64,000 nucleotides of DNA from Candidatus Methanoperedenaceae archaeon (GTDB lineage Archaea > Halobacteriota > Methanosarcinia > Methanosarcinales > Methanoperedenaceae), in NCBI GenBank assembly GCA_963753595.1, contig CAVWCX010000018.1:1-64000 (forward strand), read 5' to 3'. The notes under the pieces are model-generated. The model had not been told where the DNA came from. It saw nothing but the letters and a program-made list of their open reading frames with translations, and did not search any database. The translations under genes and the position numbers were made by a program. Position 1 is the stretch's first letter. Each line of letters starts with the position of its first letter. Below are positions 48,350-58,778 of this stretch, one piece after another.

Positions 48350-49651
48350 TTGAATCAGCTTCTGGCTATTGGTGTTTTTTTATTTACGTATGCACTGATA
48401 GCCCTGAAGCCAAAAAAGATCAATGAAGCCCATGCGGCTTTAATTGGCGCCATCCTTGCAGTAATATTCCTGCTCAAACCGCATCAGGTACTTGAAGCTC
48501 TTGGTATCTCGACACAGGAAATGCCGGTGCCTCTTGTTACCACATGGAATGTTGTCATAATTCTTATAACTTTGATGATAATTTCAAGTCTGCTTGACGA
48601 TTACGGGTTCTTCAAGTATTGCGCAAGAAGAGCCATACATGCTGCAGGGAACAGCGGGAACAGGCTATTTTTATATACCTATCTTGCGGTTTCATCAATA
48701 GCGCTTTTTGCCGGGAATGACGTTGTCATCCTGACCACAACCCCCATTATCCTTATTTTCTGTAAAAATGCAGGAATAAATCCTAAACCATATATGTATG
48801 CATCTTTTTTTGCTGCAAATACATTTTCAATACCTCTTTATATCGGAAACCTTACAAATATCCTGATAGGGGATAGTTTAGGGCTTGATTATTTCGGATT
48901 TACTAAATATATGTTCCTTCCCACGATCGCAGCTGCCTCAGTAAATTATCATTTATTAAAATATATATTCAGGAAACAGATACCGCAAAGTTTTGGTCAC
49001 AAAGACGATTCCAGAGATGATTTCGAAGTTGTAATAAAAAATAAACCTATTGTAACCCTTGGGCTTGCAGTATTGCTTGGAGTCATCATTTTTGGAGGTA
49101 TCGCGAATTATTATAAAGTTCCAATATCGTTTGTTACATTAAGCGGGGCTTTAATTATATTGATTTCCGAAAGAAGGATCGCACATCGGCTAAAGAGAAT
49201 ATCCTGGAATGTTGTGATCTTTGTTATCGGGCTTTTCATCGTGGTAAAGAGCCTGGAAGTAAGCGGAGTAAATAGCAAAATAGGCGAAATTGTTTTCTCG
49301 GGATTCAGCGATAATATTTTCATTGCAACTTATTCCATGTCGCTTTTATCTGCTTTAATGTGCAATCTTGTAAATAATATTCCCATGACAGCAATGATGC
49401 TTTCAATAATCCAGCAGGCAAATCTATCCCCATCAATGAATACGGCAATGGGTTATTCGCTTGTTATTGGTTCAAATCTTGGCGCCAATTTTACCACATT
49501 CGGGGCGCTTGCCGGGATACTCTGGCTTGAAAGCGCGCGCCGATACGGATGGGATACCACAATGACCGATCTTCTCAAGATCGGTTTATTCGTTACTCCT
49601 ATTGCACTTCTGGGAGCAAGTATAGTGCTTGCGATCGAACTGTCTTTTTAA
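48350..49651 (+). CDS. ArsB/NhaD-family anion transporter
   Basis: About 11 TM; GNDVVILTTTP, IGNLTNIL, NLVNNIP, GSNLGANFT..GALAGILW. Confidence 0.88.
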   Translation: MNQLLAIGVFLFTYALIALKPKKINEAHAALIGAILAVIFLLKPHQVLEALGISTQEMPVPLVTTWNVVIILITLMIISSLLDDYGFFKYCARRAIHAAGNSGNRLFLYTYLAVSSIALFAGNDVVILTTTPIILIFCKNAGINPKPYMYASFFAANTFSIPLYIGNLTNILIGDSLGLDYFGFTKYMFLPTIAAASVNYHLLKYIFRKQIPQSFGHKDDSRDDFEVVIKNKPIVTLGLAVLLGVIIFGGIANYYKVPISFVTLSGALIILISERRIAHRLKRISWNVVIFVIGLFIVVKSLEVSGVNSKIGEIVFSGFSDNIFIATYSMSLLSALMCNLVNNIPMTAMMLSIIQQANLSPSMNTAMGYSLVIGSNLGANFTTFGALAGILWLESARRYGWDTTMTDLLKIGLFVTPIALLGASIVLAIELSF

Positions 49652-49717
49652 TATTTCAGGATAACAGTAGATATATATCTCTTTGAGTAGTACTCAAACC
49701 CCAGTTCAGGTGATATT

Positions 49718-49897
49718 ATGAATTTTATCGTAAAAGGAAATTTCAAAGCAGGACAAAAATGGGAACAATTTACAAAAAAGATAACAACATTGAACAAGAA
49801 CCTCGCATTAGAAAAGACATTTTCCCTTCTTGGAAGCGAGCACCGGTTAAAACGCAGTTTAATTAAGATAAATTCAGTAGACGAGGCTAAAGAATGA
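49718..49897 (+). CDS. rpl18a: 50S ribosomal protein L18a/LX
   Basis: Manual translation MNFIVKGNFKAG...FTK...ALEKTFSLLGSEHRLKRSLIKI; overlaps the pfdA ATG. Confidence 0.92.
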   Translation: MNFIVKGNFKAGQKWEQFTKKITTLNKNLALEKTFSLLGSEHRLKRSLIKINSVDEAKE

Positions 49898-50337
49898 GTG
49901 GTGTATTGAACCAGCAACAACTAGCAGAATTATCCGAAAGGCACCAGGTCTACCAGTATCAGGCGGAATCTATTGCACAGCAGATAAATATGGTCAAATT
50001 GACCATTAAAGATGTAGAAACCGCATTGGCCACAATCGCATCTTTAAAAGGTGAACCATCCGGGATAGAAACACTTGTGCCAATCGGTTTTGGTTCATTC
50101 GTCAAGGCGAACCTGGTAAATACGGATACTATTGTTGTTGGAATTGGGGCGGGAGTGAGCATTGAGAAAAAAATAGACGATGCTAAGTCATTCCTTGAAA
50201 AAAGAAAAGATGAACTTACAAAATATTTTGAGCAACTGAACGCAACAATAACAAAGCTTGGCCAGGAACTTCAAAATATCGAGAAAATCGTCCAAAAGCA
50301 CCAGCAATCCCAGCAGCAGCCCATGCGCGCTGAATAA
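49894..50337 (+). CDS. pfdA: Prefoldin alpha subunit
   Basis: ETLVPIGFGSFVKA...VVGIGAGVSIEK. Confidence 0.95.
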   Translation: MSGVLNQQQLAELSERHQVYQYQAESIAQQINMVKLTIKDVETALATIASLKGEPSGIETLVPIGFGSFVKANLVNTDTIVVGIGAGVSIEKKIDDAKSFLEKRKDELTKYFEQLNATITKLGQELQNIEKIVQKHQQSQQQPMRAE

Positions 50338-50343
50338 TTTCAC

Positions 50344-51483
50344 ATGTTTGAAAAACTCAAAGAGAAACTTGGCGGTTTTAAGAAAGCGCTCGGTGGAGTT
50401 TTAGAAAACAAAGAAAAAGAAGCCATAAAAACAGAACCTCCAAAGGTCGAACCTGTAAAAACAGAACCAGCAAAAGTTGATACCGTTAAGGCCGGGATCA
50501 AACCTGATATTAAAACCGACATTAAGACCCAGGTTACAAGTTCGGAAATATGGGAGAAGAAGAAAACTCCTGAACCTGCGCCGAAAGCTCCTGAAAAATT
50601 CGGTATATTCGATAAGATCAAAGCAGCTGTTTTTGAACAGGAATTCATAATAGAAGAAAGCAGCGTAAAAGACATTCTCTGGGAGCTTGAAATGGCGCTT
50701 CTTGAGAGTGATGTAGCGCTTCCTGTTGCTGAAAATATAGTTGAATCAATAAAAGTTGAGCTTGTTGGAACACGGAGAAAGATCGGCTCTGATGCAGGTA
50801 AGATAGTCGAAGACGCTCTTAAAAAGGCGATCCTTAAAGTAATTTCAGTAGATTATTTTGATTTTGATGAGTTCATCAAGAAAGCCAATAAACCTGTAAG
50901 CATTGTTTTTGTTGGTGTAAATGGAACAGGAAAGACCACAACTGTAGCAAAAATGGCAGAACGCTTTAAATCGCAGAATTATTCTGTGGTTATCGCTGCA
51001 GGCGATACATTCCGCGCCGGCGCAATTGAGCAGATAGACAAGCATGCTGAAGCTCTCGGGATAAAGATCATCAAGCACCAGGAAGGCTCTGACCCCGCGG
51101 CAATAATATATGATGCTATACAGTTCGCAAAAGCAAAGCACAAGGACATCGTGCTTGCAGATACCGCCGGAAGGATGCATATCAATATCAATCTTATGGA
51201 CCAGTTAAAAAAAGTATGCAGGGTCAATAATCCCGACCTTATTATTTTCGTGGATGAGGCAATTGCCGGAAACGATGCTGTTGAGCGGGCAAAGCTATTC
51301 AACAGCGCGGTGCCATTTAGCGGGAGCATTTTGACAAAAGCAGATGCAGATTCAAAAGGCGGCGCAGCAATATCAATATCATACACTACCGGGAAGCCAA
51401 TACTTTTCCTTGGAATAGGACAGACCTATAAGGACCTGGTTAAATTCGAGCCGCAGTGGTTGATTGCAAGGTTATTTGAATAA
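50344..51483 (+). CDS. ftsY: SRP receptor FtsY
   Basis: GVNGTGKTTT, DTFRAGA, DTAGR, TKAD..KGGAA. Confidence 0.97.
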   Translation: MFEKLKEKLGGFKKALGGVLENKEKEAIKTEPPKVEPVKTEPAKVDTVKAGIKPDIKTDIKTQVTSSEIWEKKKTPEPAPKAPEKFGIFDKIKAAVFEQEFIIEESSVKDILWELEMALLESDVALPVAENIVESIKVELVGTRRKIGSDAGKIVEDALKKAILKVISVDYFDFDEFIKKANKPVSIVFVGVNGTGKTTTVAKMAERFKSQNYSVVIAAGDTFRAGAIEQIDKHAEALGIKIIKHQEGSDPAAIIYDAIQFAKAKHKDIVLADTAGRMHININLMDQLKKVCRVNNPDLIIFVDEAIAGNDAVERAKLFNSAVPFSGSILTKADADSKGGAAISISYTTGKPILFLGIGQTYKDLVKFEPQWLIARLFE

Positions 51484-51540
51484 TTTCCGAAAAGGTTATT
51501 GCTTTTAAGTCCTATTTATACTGGAGGTATGGGATAATAT

Positions 51541-52734
51541 ATGAATAAAATATTAAAACTAATATCGATAGTGCTTGTGCTGTCAATGCTTATTTTACCC
51601 GTCCTGGGCAAGATGGGCGCCGGTATGATGGGTAGTGATAACGGTGACAGGGGTACAATAAGCGATGAAATGATGCAGGGGAAAGCAAAAGAAATGCATG
51701 AAAATGGCAGTGACCTCCGCGAAAAGGAAGGTATCATGGGAATGGGATTCATGCACCGTGAAGGGAATAACTTTGGCCGCTATGTAACATTTTCCGTCAA
51801 TAATACGACAGGAGATGTGATGAATTACGGTGTTCTGGGTCTGACTGTATTTGATTCGATAAAAGTTACGAGCTTCGATCTTAAGGACATAAAAACAATG
51901 GGAGCCCTGACAAGGATTACTAATAAAGATGGTTCGATCGTTATCCAGTTGCACGATAATCCGGCTGCTGTCATTAATATCATGGCAACAGGAAAAGCGC
52001 AAGTTGTCTTTGATCTTGCAGAGGGTATAAATGCAACAAAAGAAGAAAATATTGTAAAGATCGAGTCAGGTAACTTCACAGCCTATATCGCTTCAGGAAA
52101 TACAACTGCCGCAAATATTGCGCAAGGTAAGGTTATCATGGATACCGATAAGGGGTTAACGATATTTCGGGCTTCACCTGTTAATATGCCCATGGAAGGA
52201 ATGCACCGGGGATTCATGGGAGAAATCATGAAGAACCGGGCAGGAGCAGAGATTTCCATAGGAGATTTTGATAGATCCTCGATCGTCAACTATTCGGATA
52301 TGAATGTCATGATAAGGTCGATGGAAAAGGATCGCGTAAGAATGTTGATCAATTCTTCTGACCATGCCGGCAAATTCGTAATAATGAATATTGACAACAG
52401 TTCCCTGATGTGGAATGAAAGGCAGAAGCTGCGCTTATATCTTGACAATAAACCAATGAATCAGGTCATGAACGAACAGGATTTATATAATGTTTCCGAA
52501 TCCTCCTTCTGGCTAACGATGATGGGAGGAAACCGCATGCAAGCGATGATGTATATTTCAAATTTCTCAGAGCGCCAGGTGGATATAGTGGTCGAGGATG
52601 AGGTTACACCGACACCTGTTGTGACAACAACGGTAACAGGAATGGCGACATCAACGCCAAAAACACTAGGTTTTGAAATAGCAGTGGGAATGCTTTGTAC
52701 TGTTGCAGCATACAGGTTTAGAAAAAGGGAATAA
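51541..52734 (+). CDS. Secreted Met-rich surface protein with a PGF-CTERM-like tail
   Basis: Signal peptide; Thr-rich linker; TPKTLGFE-TM-RFRKRE. Confidence 0.75.
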   Translation: MNKILKLISIVLVLSMLILPVLGKMGAGMMGSDNGDRGTISDEMMQGKAKEMHENGSDLREKEGIMGMGFMHREGNNFGRYVTFSVNNTTGDVMNYGVLGLTVFDSIKVTSFDLKDIKTMGALTRITNKDGSIVIQLHDNPAAVINIMATGKAQVVFDLAEGINATKEENIVKIESGNFTAYIASGNTTAANIAQGKVIMDTDKGLTIFRASPVNMPMEGMHRGFMGEIMKNRAGAEISIGDFDRSSIVNYSDMNVMIRSMEKDRVRMLINSSDHAGKFVIMNIDNSSLMWNERQKLRLYLDNKPMNQVMNEQDLYNVSESSFWLTMMGGNRMQAMMYISNFSERQVDIVVEDEVTPTPVVTTTVTGMATSTPKTLGFEIAVGMLCTVAAYRFRKRE

Positions 52735-52807
52735 GAGTTTTGTGGCAAGCCTGATCCGGGAAATCTGCTCCAATTAATGGCTTGCCAGACTTAATGGAAA
52801 TGATAAA

Positions 52808-53389
52808 ATGAAAGTAGCGGCAATTAATGGAAGCGCCAGAAAACAAGGGAACACTGCAATTCTCATAAAGCATGTGTTGAGTGAATTGGAGAAAGTCGGG
52901 ATAGAAACAGAATTAATAGAGCTTGCAGGAAAAAAAATACAGGGATGCACGGCCTGCTATAAGTGTTTTGACAAAAAAGACGGGCATTGCGCTGTTAAGG
53001 GCGATATTGTAAATGATTGCATCGATAAGATGACAGAATCTGACGGGATAATATTAGGTTCACCAATTTATTTTGCCGATATAACCGCGGAAATGAAAGC
53101 CCTGATAGAACGGTCAGGAATGACGGCATTAGCAAATGGTTCCATGTTCAAGCGCAAGGTTGGGGCCGCTGTGATAGCTGTAAGAAGAGGCGGTGCGATC
53201 CATGGATTTGACTCGATCAATCATTTCTTCCATATCAACCAGATGATAGTTCCGGGTGCAAGTTACTGGAACATGGGTCTTGGAAGAGAGGCCGGGGACG
53301 TAAAAACAGATGAAGAAGGAATCCGGACCATGAAGAATCTTGGAGAAAATATGGCATGGTTGATGAAAAAGATAGTTGTAGATGAATAA
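52808..53389 (+). CDS. Iron-sulfur flavoprotein (flavodoxin family)
   Basis: NGSARKQGNT, CTACYKC...C, GSPIYF, RRGGA. Confidence 0.9.
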   Translation: MKVAAINGSARKQGNTAILIKHVLSELEKVGIETELIELAGKKIQGCTACYKCFDKKDGHCAVKGDIVNDCIDKMTESDGIILGSPIYFADITAEMKALIERSGMTALANGSMFKRKVGAAVIAVRRGGAIHGFDSINHFFHINQMIVPGASYWNMGLGREAGDVKTDEEGIRTMKNLGENMAWLMKKIVVDE

Positions 53390-53882
53390 ATCATATCAGG
53401 CTAAGGAGGTATCATTAATGCATGGGGAACGAATTACAAAAAGCAAAACTGACAAGGTCATTGACGGTGTATGCGGCGGTCTTGCCGAGTATTTCGGGAT
53501 TGATCCGGTCATTGTCAGGTTGGTCTTCGTCGTGCTTGTATTTTTTAGCGGCTTAGGTTTGCTGCTATACATAATATTAGTCATAATAATGCCAGGAGCT
53601 GAACAGGCAGGACAACCGCCAAAAGAAACGATCCAAGAGAATGTACAGGAAATAAGTGAACGGGTAAAAGAAGCAGGAGAAGGATTGGGGCAAGCATTTT
53701 CAAAAACGAAAAATGAAAAACATTCAAAGCGTGCAGGATGGTTCGGTATTATCCTTATTTTGCTGGGTATCTTTTTCCTTCTTGAAAACCTCCATTTGAT
53801 ACCGTGGGTCGATAAAGACATTCTCTGGCCAATTATTATTATTCTAGTTGGAGCGTGGCTGCTGATAAAGCGATGGAGTTAA
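53382..53882 (+). CDS. PspC-domain plus LiaF/DUF5668-like membrane protein
   Basis: DKVIDGVCGGLAEYFGIDPVIVR; C-terminal GIILILLGIFFLL...WPIIIILVG. Confidence 0.85.
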   Translation: MNKSYQAKEVSLMHGERITKSKTDKVIDGVCGGLAEYFGIDPVIVRLVFVVLVFFSGLGLLLYIILVIIMPGAEQAGQPPKETIQENVQEISERVKEAGEGLGQAFSKTKNEKHSKRAGWFGIILILLGIFFLLENLHLIPWVDKDILWPIIIILVGAWLLIKRWS

Positions 53883-53886
53883 TAAT

Positions 53887-54569
53887 ATGAAACCGGGATA
53901 TGTGGGGCCGCTTCTTCTTCTGGCCATTGGCTTTGTCCTGCTGTTCAATAACCTGGGATCACTTCCCTGGGATATCTGGGGCAGCTTATGGCACTACTGG
54001 CCTGTAATACTGATATTGTCTGGCATACAAATACTTGCCAGGCATTCCGAATCCAGTATTATGTATATATTGGCTGTGATTCTTTGTATTTTGTTGATCA
54101 TCGCAACTGTTTTTTTAGCCTGGAATGGATATCCTGCACCGGATACAAGGGAAAAGAACCTGAAGTGGTACATATTTAATAACAGCCATCCTGATGGCAT
54201 AATTTTGATTTTGCCGATCTTGATAATGCAGACTTTAATAATTCAATTTTAAATGGCGCCAATATGAATTTTGCAAGCATGGAAAATGCTAATTTTAGTA
54301 ATTCAAGTCTGAATGGTGCAAATTTGAATTTTGCAGACCTGAAATATGCAAAATTTAATAATGCAGGTTTAAAAGGAGCAAATCTTAATTTTGTGAACCT
54401 GAAATATGCAGATCTTTCCAATTCGGTTCTTGATGGCGCCAATATGAATTTCGCAAATCTTGACGGCGCAAACATGACAGGAGCCCGGATGGAAGGTGCC
54501 AGTCATGGATTTGCGAGAACCTCTAAATCCACGATATGTCCTGATGCGAGAAATGGACCATGCTGGTAA
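53887..54569 (+). pseudogene. LiaF/DUF5668 TM plus pentapeptide-repeat protein, frameshifted near 54199
   Basis: The pentapeptide frame (NFDFADLDNADFNNSILNGANMNFAS...) is open from about 54200, upstream of the ATG at 54264. The upstream frame turns into shadow sequence at the same point. Confidence 0.75.
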
Positions 54570-54654
54570 AAAACAACTTTTTTAAATAAATCAATCTAGG
54601 TCTTCCAAAAAATATATAGCCCTGTAATACCCTTTCCGTAACGGTGGTGACCCA

Positions 54655-55359
54655 ATGGTACTTCCCGATAAATTCAAATGTGTAATAACGAACTGGGACT
54701 ATATTTACGACCTGTGCAGGCATGTTGCAAATGATGTGAAAAAATCCGGGTATAAACCCGATACGATAATAGCGCTTGCCCGCGGCGGATGGTTCGCAGG
54801 AAGAGTGCTTTGTGATTTTCTCGGGCTCAATGACCTGACAAGCCTTAAGATCGAGCATTATGTGGGTACTGCAAACGCTGGAGAGGGACCCCGTATTAAG
54901 TATCCGCTTGCAGATAACGCTGTGGCCGGGAAAAGAGTCCTGATAGTAGATGATATTACCGACACAGGTAAAAGTATCGCCCACTCAAAAGATTATGTAA
55001 GTAAACAAAATCCAAAAGAGGTAAGGACAGCAGTACTCCAGTACCTGTACACATCGGAGATCAAACCCGATTATTGCGGTGAAGTCATACAGGAATGGGG
55101 CTGGATAGTATATCCCTGGAATTTTATTGAAGACATGATAGATATCATCTCCCGCCTCATGGCCAAGGAAAAACAAAACGAATGGGATGTTGAAGAAATA
55201 AGGAAAGGACTCTTGAAATATCACAATATCGATCCCATAAGCTTTGAGATAGCGCAGCCCGACAGGATGGAAGAGATACTCGATGAAATGGCAAGAAGAG
55301 GACTAATAAAGACGAAAAACATTCCAGGAAAAAAATCATGGACTTATGAAGGAGCGTAA
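54655..55359 (+). CDS. Phosphoribosyltransferase (purine salvage type)
   Basis: IALARGG, VLIVDDITDTGKS, WIVYPW. Confidence 0.9.
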   Translation: MVLPDKFKCVITNWDYIYDLCRHVANDVKKSGYKPDTIIALARGGWFAGRVLCDFLGLNDLTSLKIEHYVGTANAGEGPRIKYPLADNAVAGKRVLIVDDITDTGKSIAHSKDYVSKQNPKEVRTAVLQYLYTSEIKPDYCGEVIQEWGWIVYPWNFIEDMIDIISRLMAKEKQNEWDVEEIRKGLLKYHNIDPISFEIAQPDRMEEILDEMARRGLIKTKNIPGKKSWTYEGA

Positions 55360-55364
55360 AATAA

Positions 55365-56216
55365 ATGCAGGCAGATATTGCAGTAATTGGAGGAACCGGC
55401 GTTTATGATACGGCAATGCTGGATAATGTACGGGAAGTTGAAATCGATACTCCTTTCGGGAAACCATCTGATGCTATTACAATCGGGTCTTTTGGTGAAA
55501 TTAATGTGGCATTTCTTCCCAGGCACGGGAAAGGGCACAGGATCTCACCAAGTAAATTGAATTCCAGGGCAAATATCCTCGCACTTAAGAAACTTGGCGT
55601 ACAGAGAATAATCTCAGCATCAGCAGTAGGAAGCCTGAAGCTTGAACATAAGCCGCTTGATATCGTGATACCTGACCAGATATTTGACAGGACACGTTTG
55701 AGAGACAGTACTTTCTTTGAAGATGGAATAGTTGCGCATATCGGTTTTGCTGATCCTTTTTGTCCCCAGATGTCTTCTATGATTGCCGGCATCACGCGGG
55801 ATCTCGGGTATTCAATACATGAAAAAGGAACATATGTCTGCATGGAAGGGCCGCAATTTTCAACACGTTCTGAATCAAAGGTTTATCAAAGCCTGGGATT
55901 TGACATTATCGGGATGACTGCACTTCCTGAAGCAAAACTTGCACGGGAAGCAGAGATCTGTTACAGCATGATCGCAACTGTTACTGATTATGATGTGTGG
56001 CATGAAACTGATGTCAGTATTGAAACTGTAATTTCCAATGCAATAAAGAATGAGGAAGCAGTCAGGAAAATTATTAAAGAAGTTATTCCAAAAATTTCTC
56101 TTGAGAGAAATTGTGTATGCTCAAATGCATTAGCAGGAGCGATCGTCACCGCCCCGGACAAGATACCGGTTGAAACAAAACGCAAATTGAATGATCTGAT
56201 CGGTAAATATTCATAA
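55365..56216 (+). CDS. mtnP: S-methyl-5'-thioadenosine/inosine phosphorylase
   Basis: IGGTG, FLPRHG, EGPQFSTRSES, GMTALPEAKLARE, VTDYDVW. Confidence 0.93.
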   Translation: MQADIAVIGGTGVYDTAMLDNVREVEIDTPFGKPSDAITIGSFGEINVAFLPRHGKGHRISPSKLNSRANILALKKLGVQRIISASAVGSLKLEHKPLDIVIPDQIFDRTRLRDSTFFEDGIVAHIGFADPFCPQMSSMIAGITRDLGYSIHEKGTYVCMEGPQFSTRSESKVYQSLGFDIIGMTALPEAKLAREAEICYSMIATVTDYDVWHETDVSIETVISNAIKNEEAVRKIIKEVIPKISLERNCVCSNALAGAIVTAPDKIPVETKRKLNDLIGKYS

Positions 56217-56296
56217 CTATTTATACTTATAGTACTATAGTAAGTATACTATTTATAATATTTTGATAAGATATATAAATGTGATAGGATAGGTAA

Positions 56297-56809
56297 ATGA
56301 GTTCGAAAAAGGAAGCCCTGGATAGGTCAATATTTTTTAAAAACGGGCAGGAAGTAAATATAGTTGAACTTGGGCGCGATGATATTACTATTTCCCTTAC
56401 AACAGGCAAGATCATATTTTGGTTTGGCAGGCAGGCGAGTGAGGCCTTAATACGTGATGTTATATTTGGAATATCCAGTATTGACTCATCCGTTGCTCTT
56501 GAACAGGAAATAATATGTGATTTTAAGACTATTGGTAAATATGAGAATATGGGATATGTTTTGACATCATACGCAAAAACTAAAGGAGGTTATAGGGTTA
56601 TATTTAATATACCTTTCTCCAAAAAGATAGCTTTAGCCCATTTCGTCAGGTTGATCGTTGACCAGCTCTGTGAAAAGGACATAAGGAAAACACTTCAATG
56701 GGATGGAAGTCCTGAGAAGATCATCTTTATCTACAATAAATTGAAAAACCTTGATGGATGGAAGATAAAAAGCATCGAATATAAAGACAAAGAGGAATCA
56801 GTGTTATAA
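56297..56809 (+). CDS. Hypothetical protein
   Basis: 170-aa ORF with its stop overlapping the hxlB start. Confidence 0.65.
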   Translation: MSSKKEALDRSIFFKNGQEVNIVELGRDDITISLTTGKIIFWFGRQASEALIRDVIFGISSIDSSVALEQEIICDFKTIGKYENMGYVLTSYAKTKGGYRVIFNIPFSKKIALAHFVRLIVDQLCEKDIRKTLQWDGSPEKIIFIYNKLKNLDGWKIKSIEYKDKEESVL

Positions 56810-57409
56810 TGAGATCAGAAAAGAAAGAATGTGAGGCAACTATTGTATCTATGAACCTTATTGCCGACCATATAAAAAAGGTTGCATCGAAACTTGATAC
56901 GGGCTCTGTGACATCACTTGTAAATGGTATAATGGATTCTAAAAGAGTATTCCTGATGGGGGCTGGAAGATCCGGGCTTGCAGCAAGAGCTTTTGCAATG
57001 AGGCTTATGCATCTTGGATTTAATGTTTACTTCGTAGGTGAGACAACAACTCCTGCCGTGCAGCCGGAGGATCTTGTTATTGCAGTATCAGGTTCAGGTG
57101 GGACACCTTCTATCGCAAGCCTTGGAATGATATCTAAGAAAATTGGATCAACACTTGCTGTTATTACATCAAACAAGGATTCCACACTTGGTGGCATTTC
57201 AGATATTGTTGTCATTGTTCCTGGACGACCCAAGGAAGATGTTGTTTATGAGGATTATCACGAACGAAGAATGATAGGTTATCCCCAGTTAGCGCCCCTT
57301 GGAACTATTTTTGAGATATCCGCTCTTGTTTTCCTTGATGCTGTGATCTCAGAGCTTATGGTCAGGACGGGGGCAAGTGAAGCAGAATTAAAGAAGAGAC
57401 ATACGGTCT

Positions 57410-57417
<8 letters not shown>
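56809..57417 (+). CDS. hxlB: 6-phospho-3-hexuloisomerase
   Basis: GAGRSGL, FAMRLMHLG, GETTTPA, SGSG, APLGTIFE. Confidence 0.93.
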
Positions 57418-58522
<1,105 letters not shown>

Positions 58523-58652
58523 TCTTTTTTTCTTACTTCATATTTTTCTTTATTTATAATTCCAAGCAAGTATGAACCTGACTATGTTCATTGCATCTAT
58601 ATTTTTAATTCATCGAAACCCATAAATCTTTAGGAACACAAACATTAGGATT

Positions 58653-58715
58653 ATGTTCCTATTCATTGACCGGGAAGAAGAAATTGACTTCCTGGAAGAG
58701 AGATATTTTCATTAG
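58653..58715 (+). pseudogene. N-terminal remnant of an archaeal ATPase
   Basis: MFLFIDREEEIDFLEERYFH* matches the typical FxDRExEL start of archaeal ATPases. Confidence 0.5.
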
Positions 58716-58754
58716 TAATGAAATAATTAATATAAAAAATTCATTACCAATGAA
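58708..58754. promoter_or_regulatory. Two palindromic operator-like sites TTCATT-N3-AATGAA
   Basis: 58708-22 and 58740-54, 32 bp apart, flanking a TATA-like TTAATATA. Confidence 0.55.
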
Positions 58755-58778
58755 ATATTTATATGCTATAAAAACCAT

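Noticed and set aside
50427-50530. Repeats in the FtsY N-terminus (KTEPPKVEPV / KTEPAKVDTV)
   Set aside because: Variable low-complexity FtsY N-terminal regions are expected.
52743-52787. 9-bp inverted repeat TGGCAAGCC / GGCTTGCCA
   Set aside because: Most likely an ordinary intergenic mRNA hairpin; no further support.
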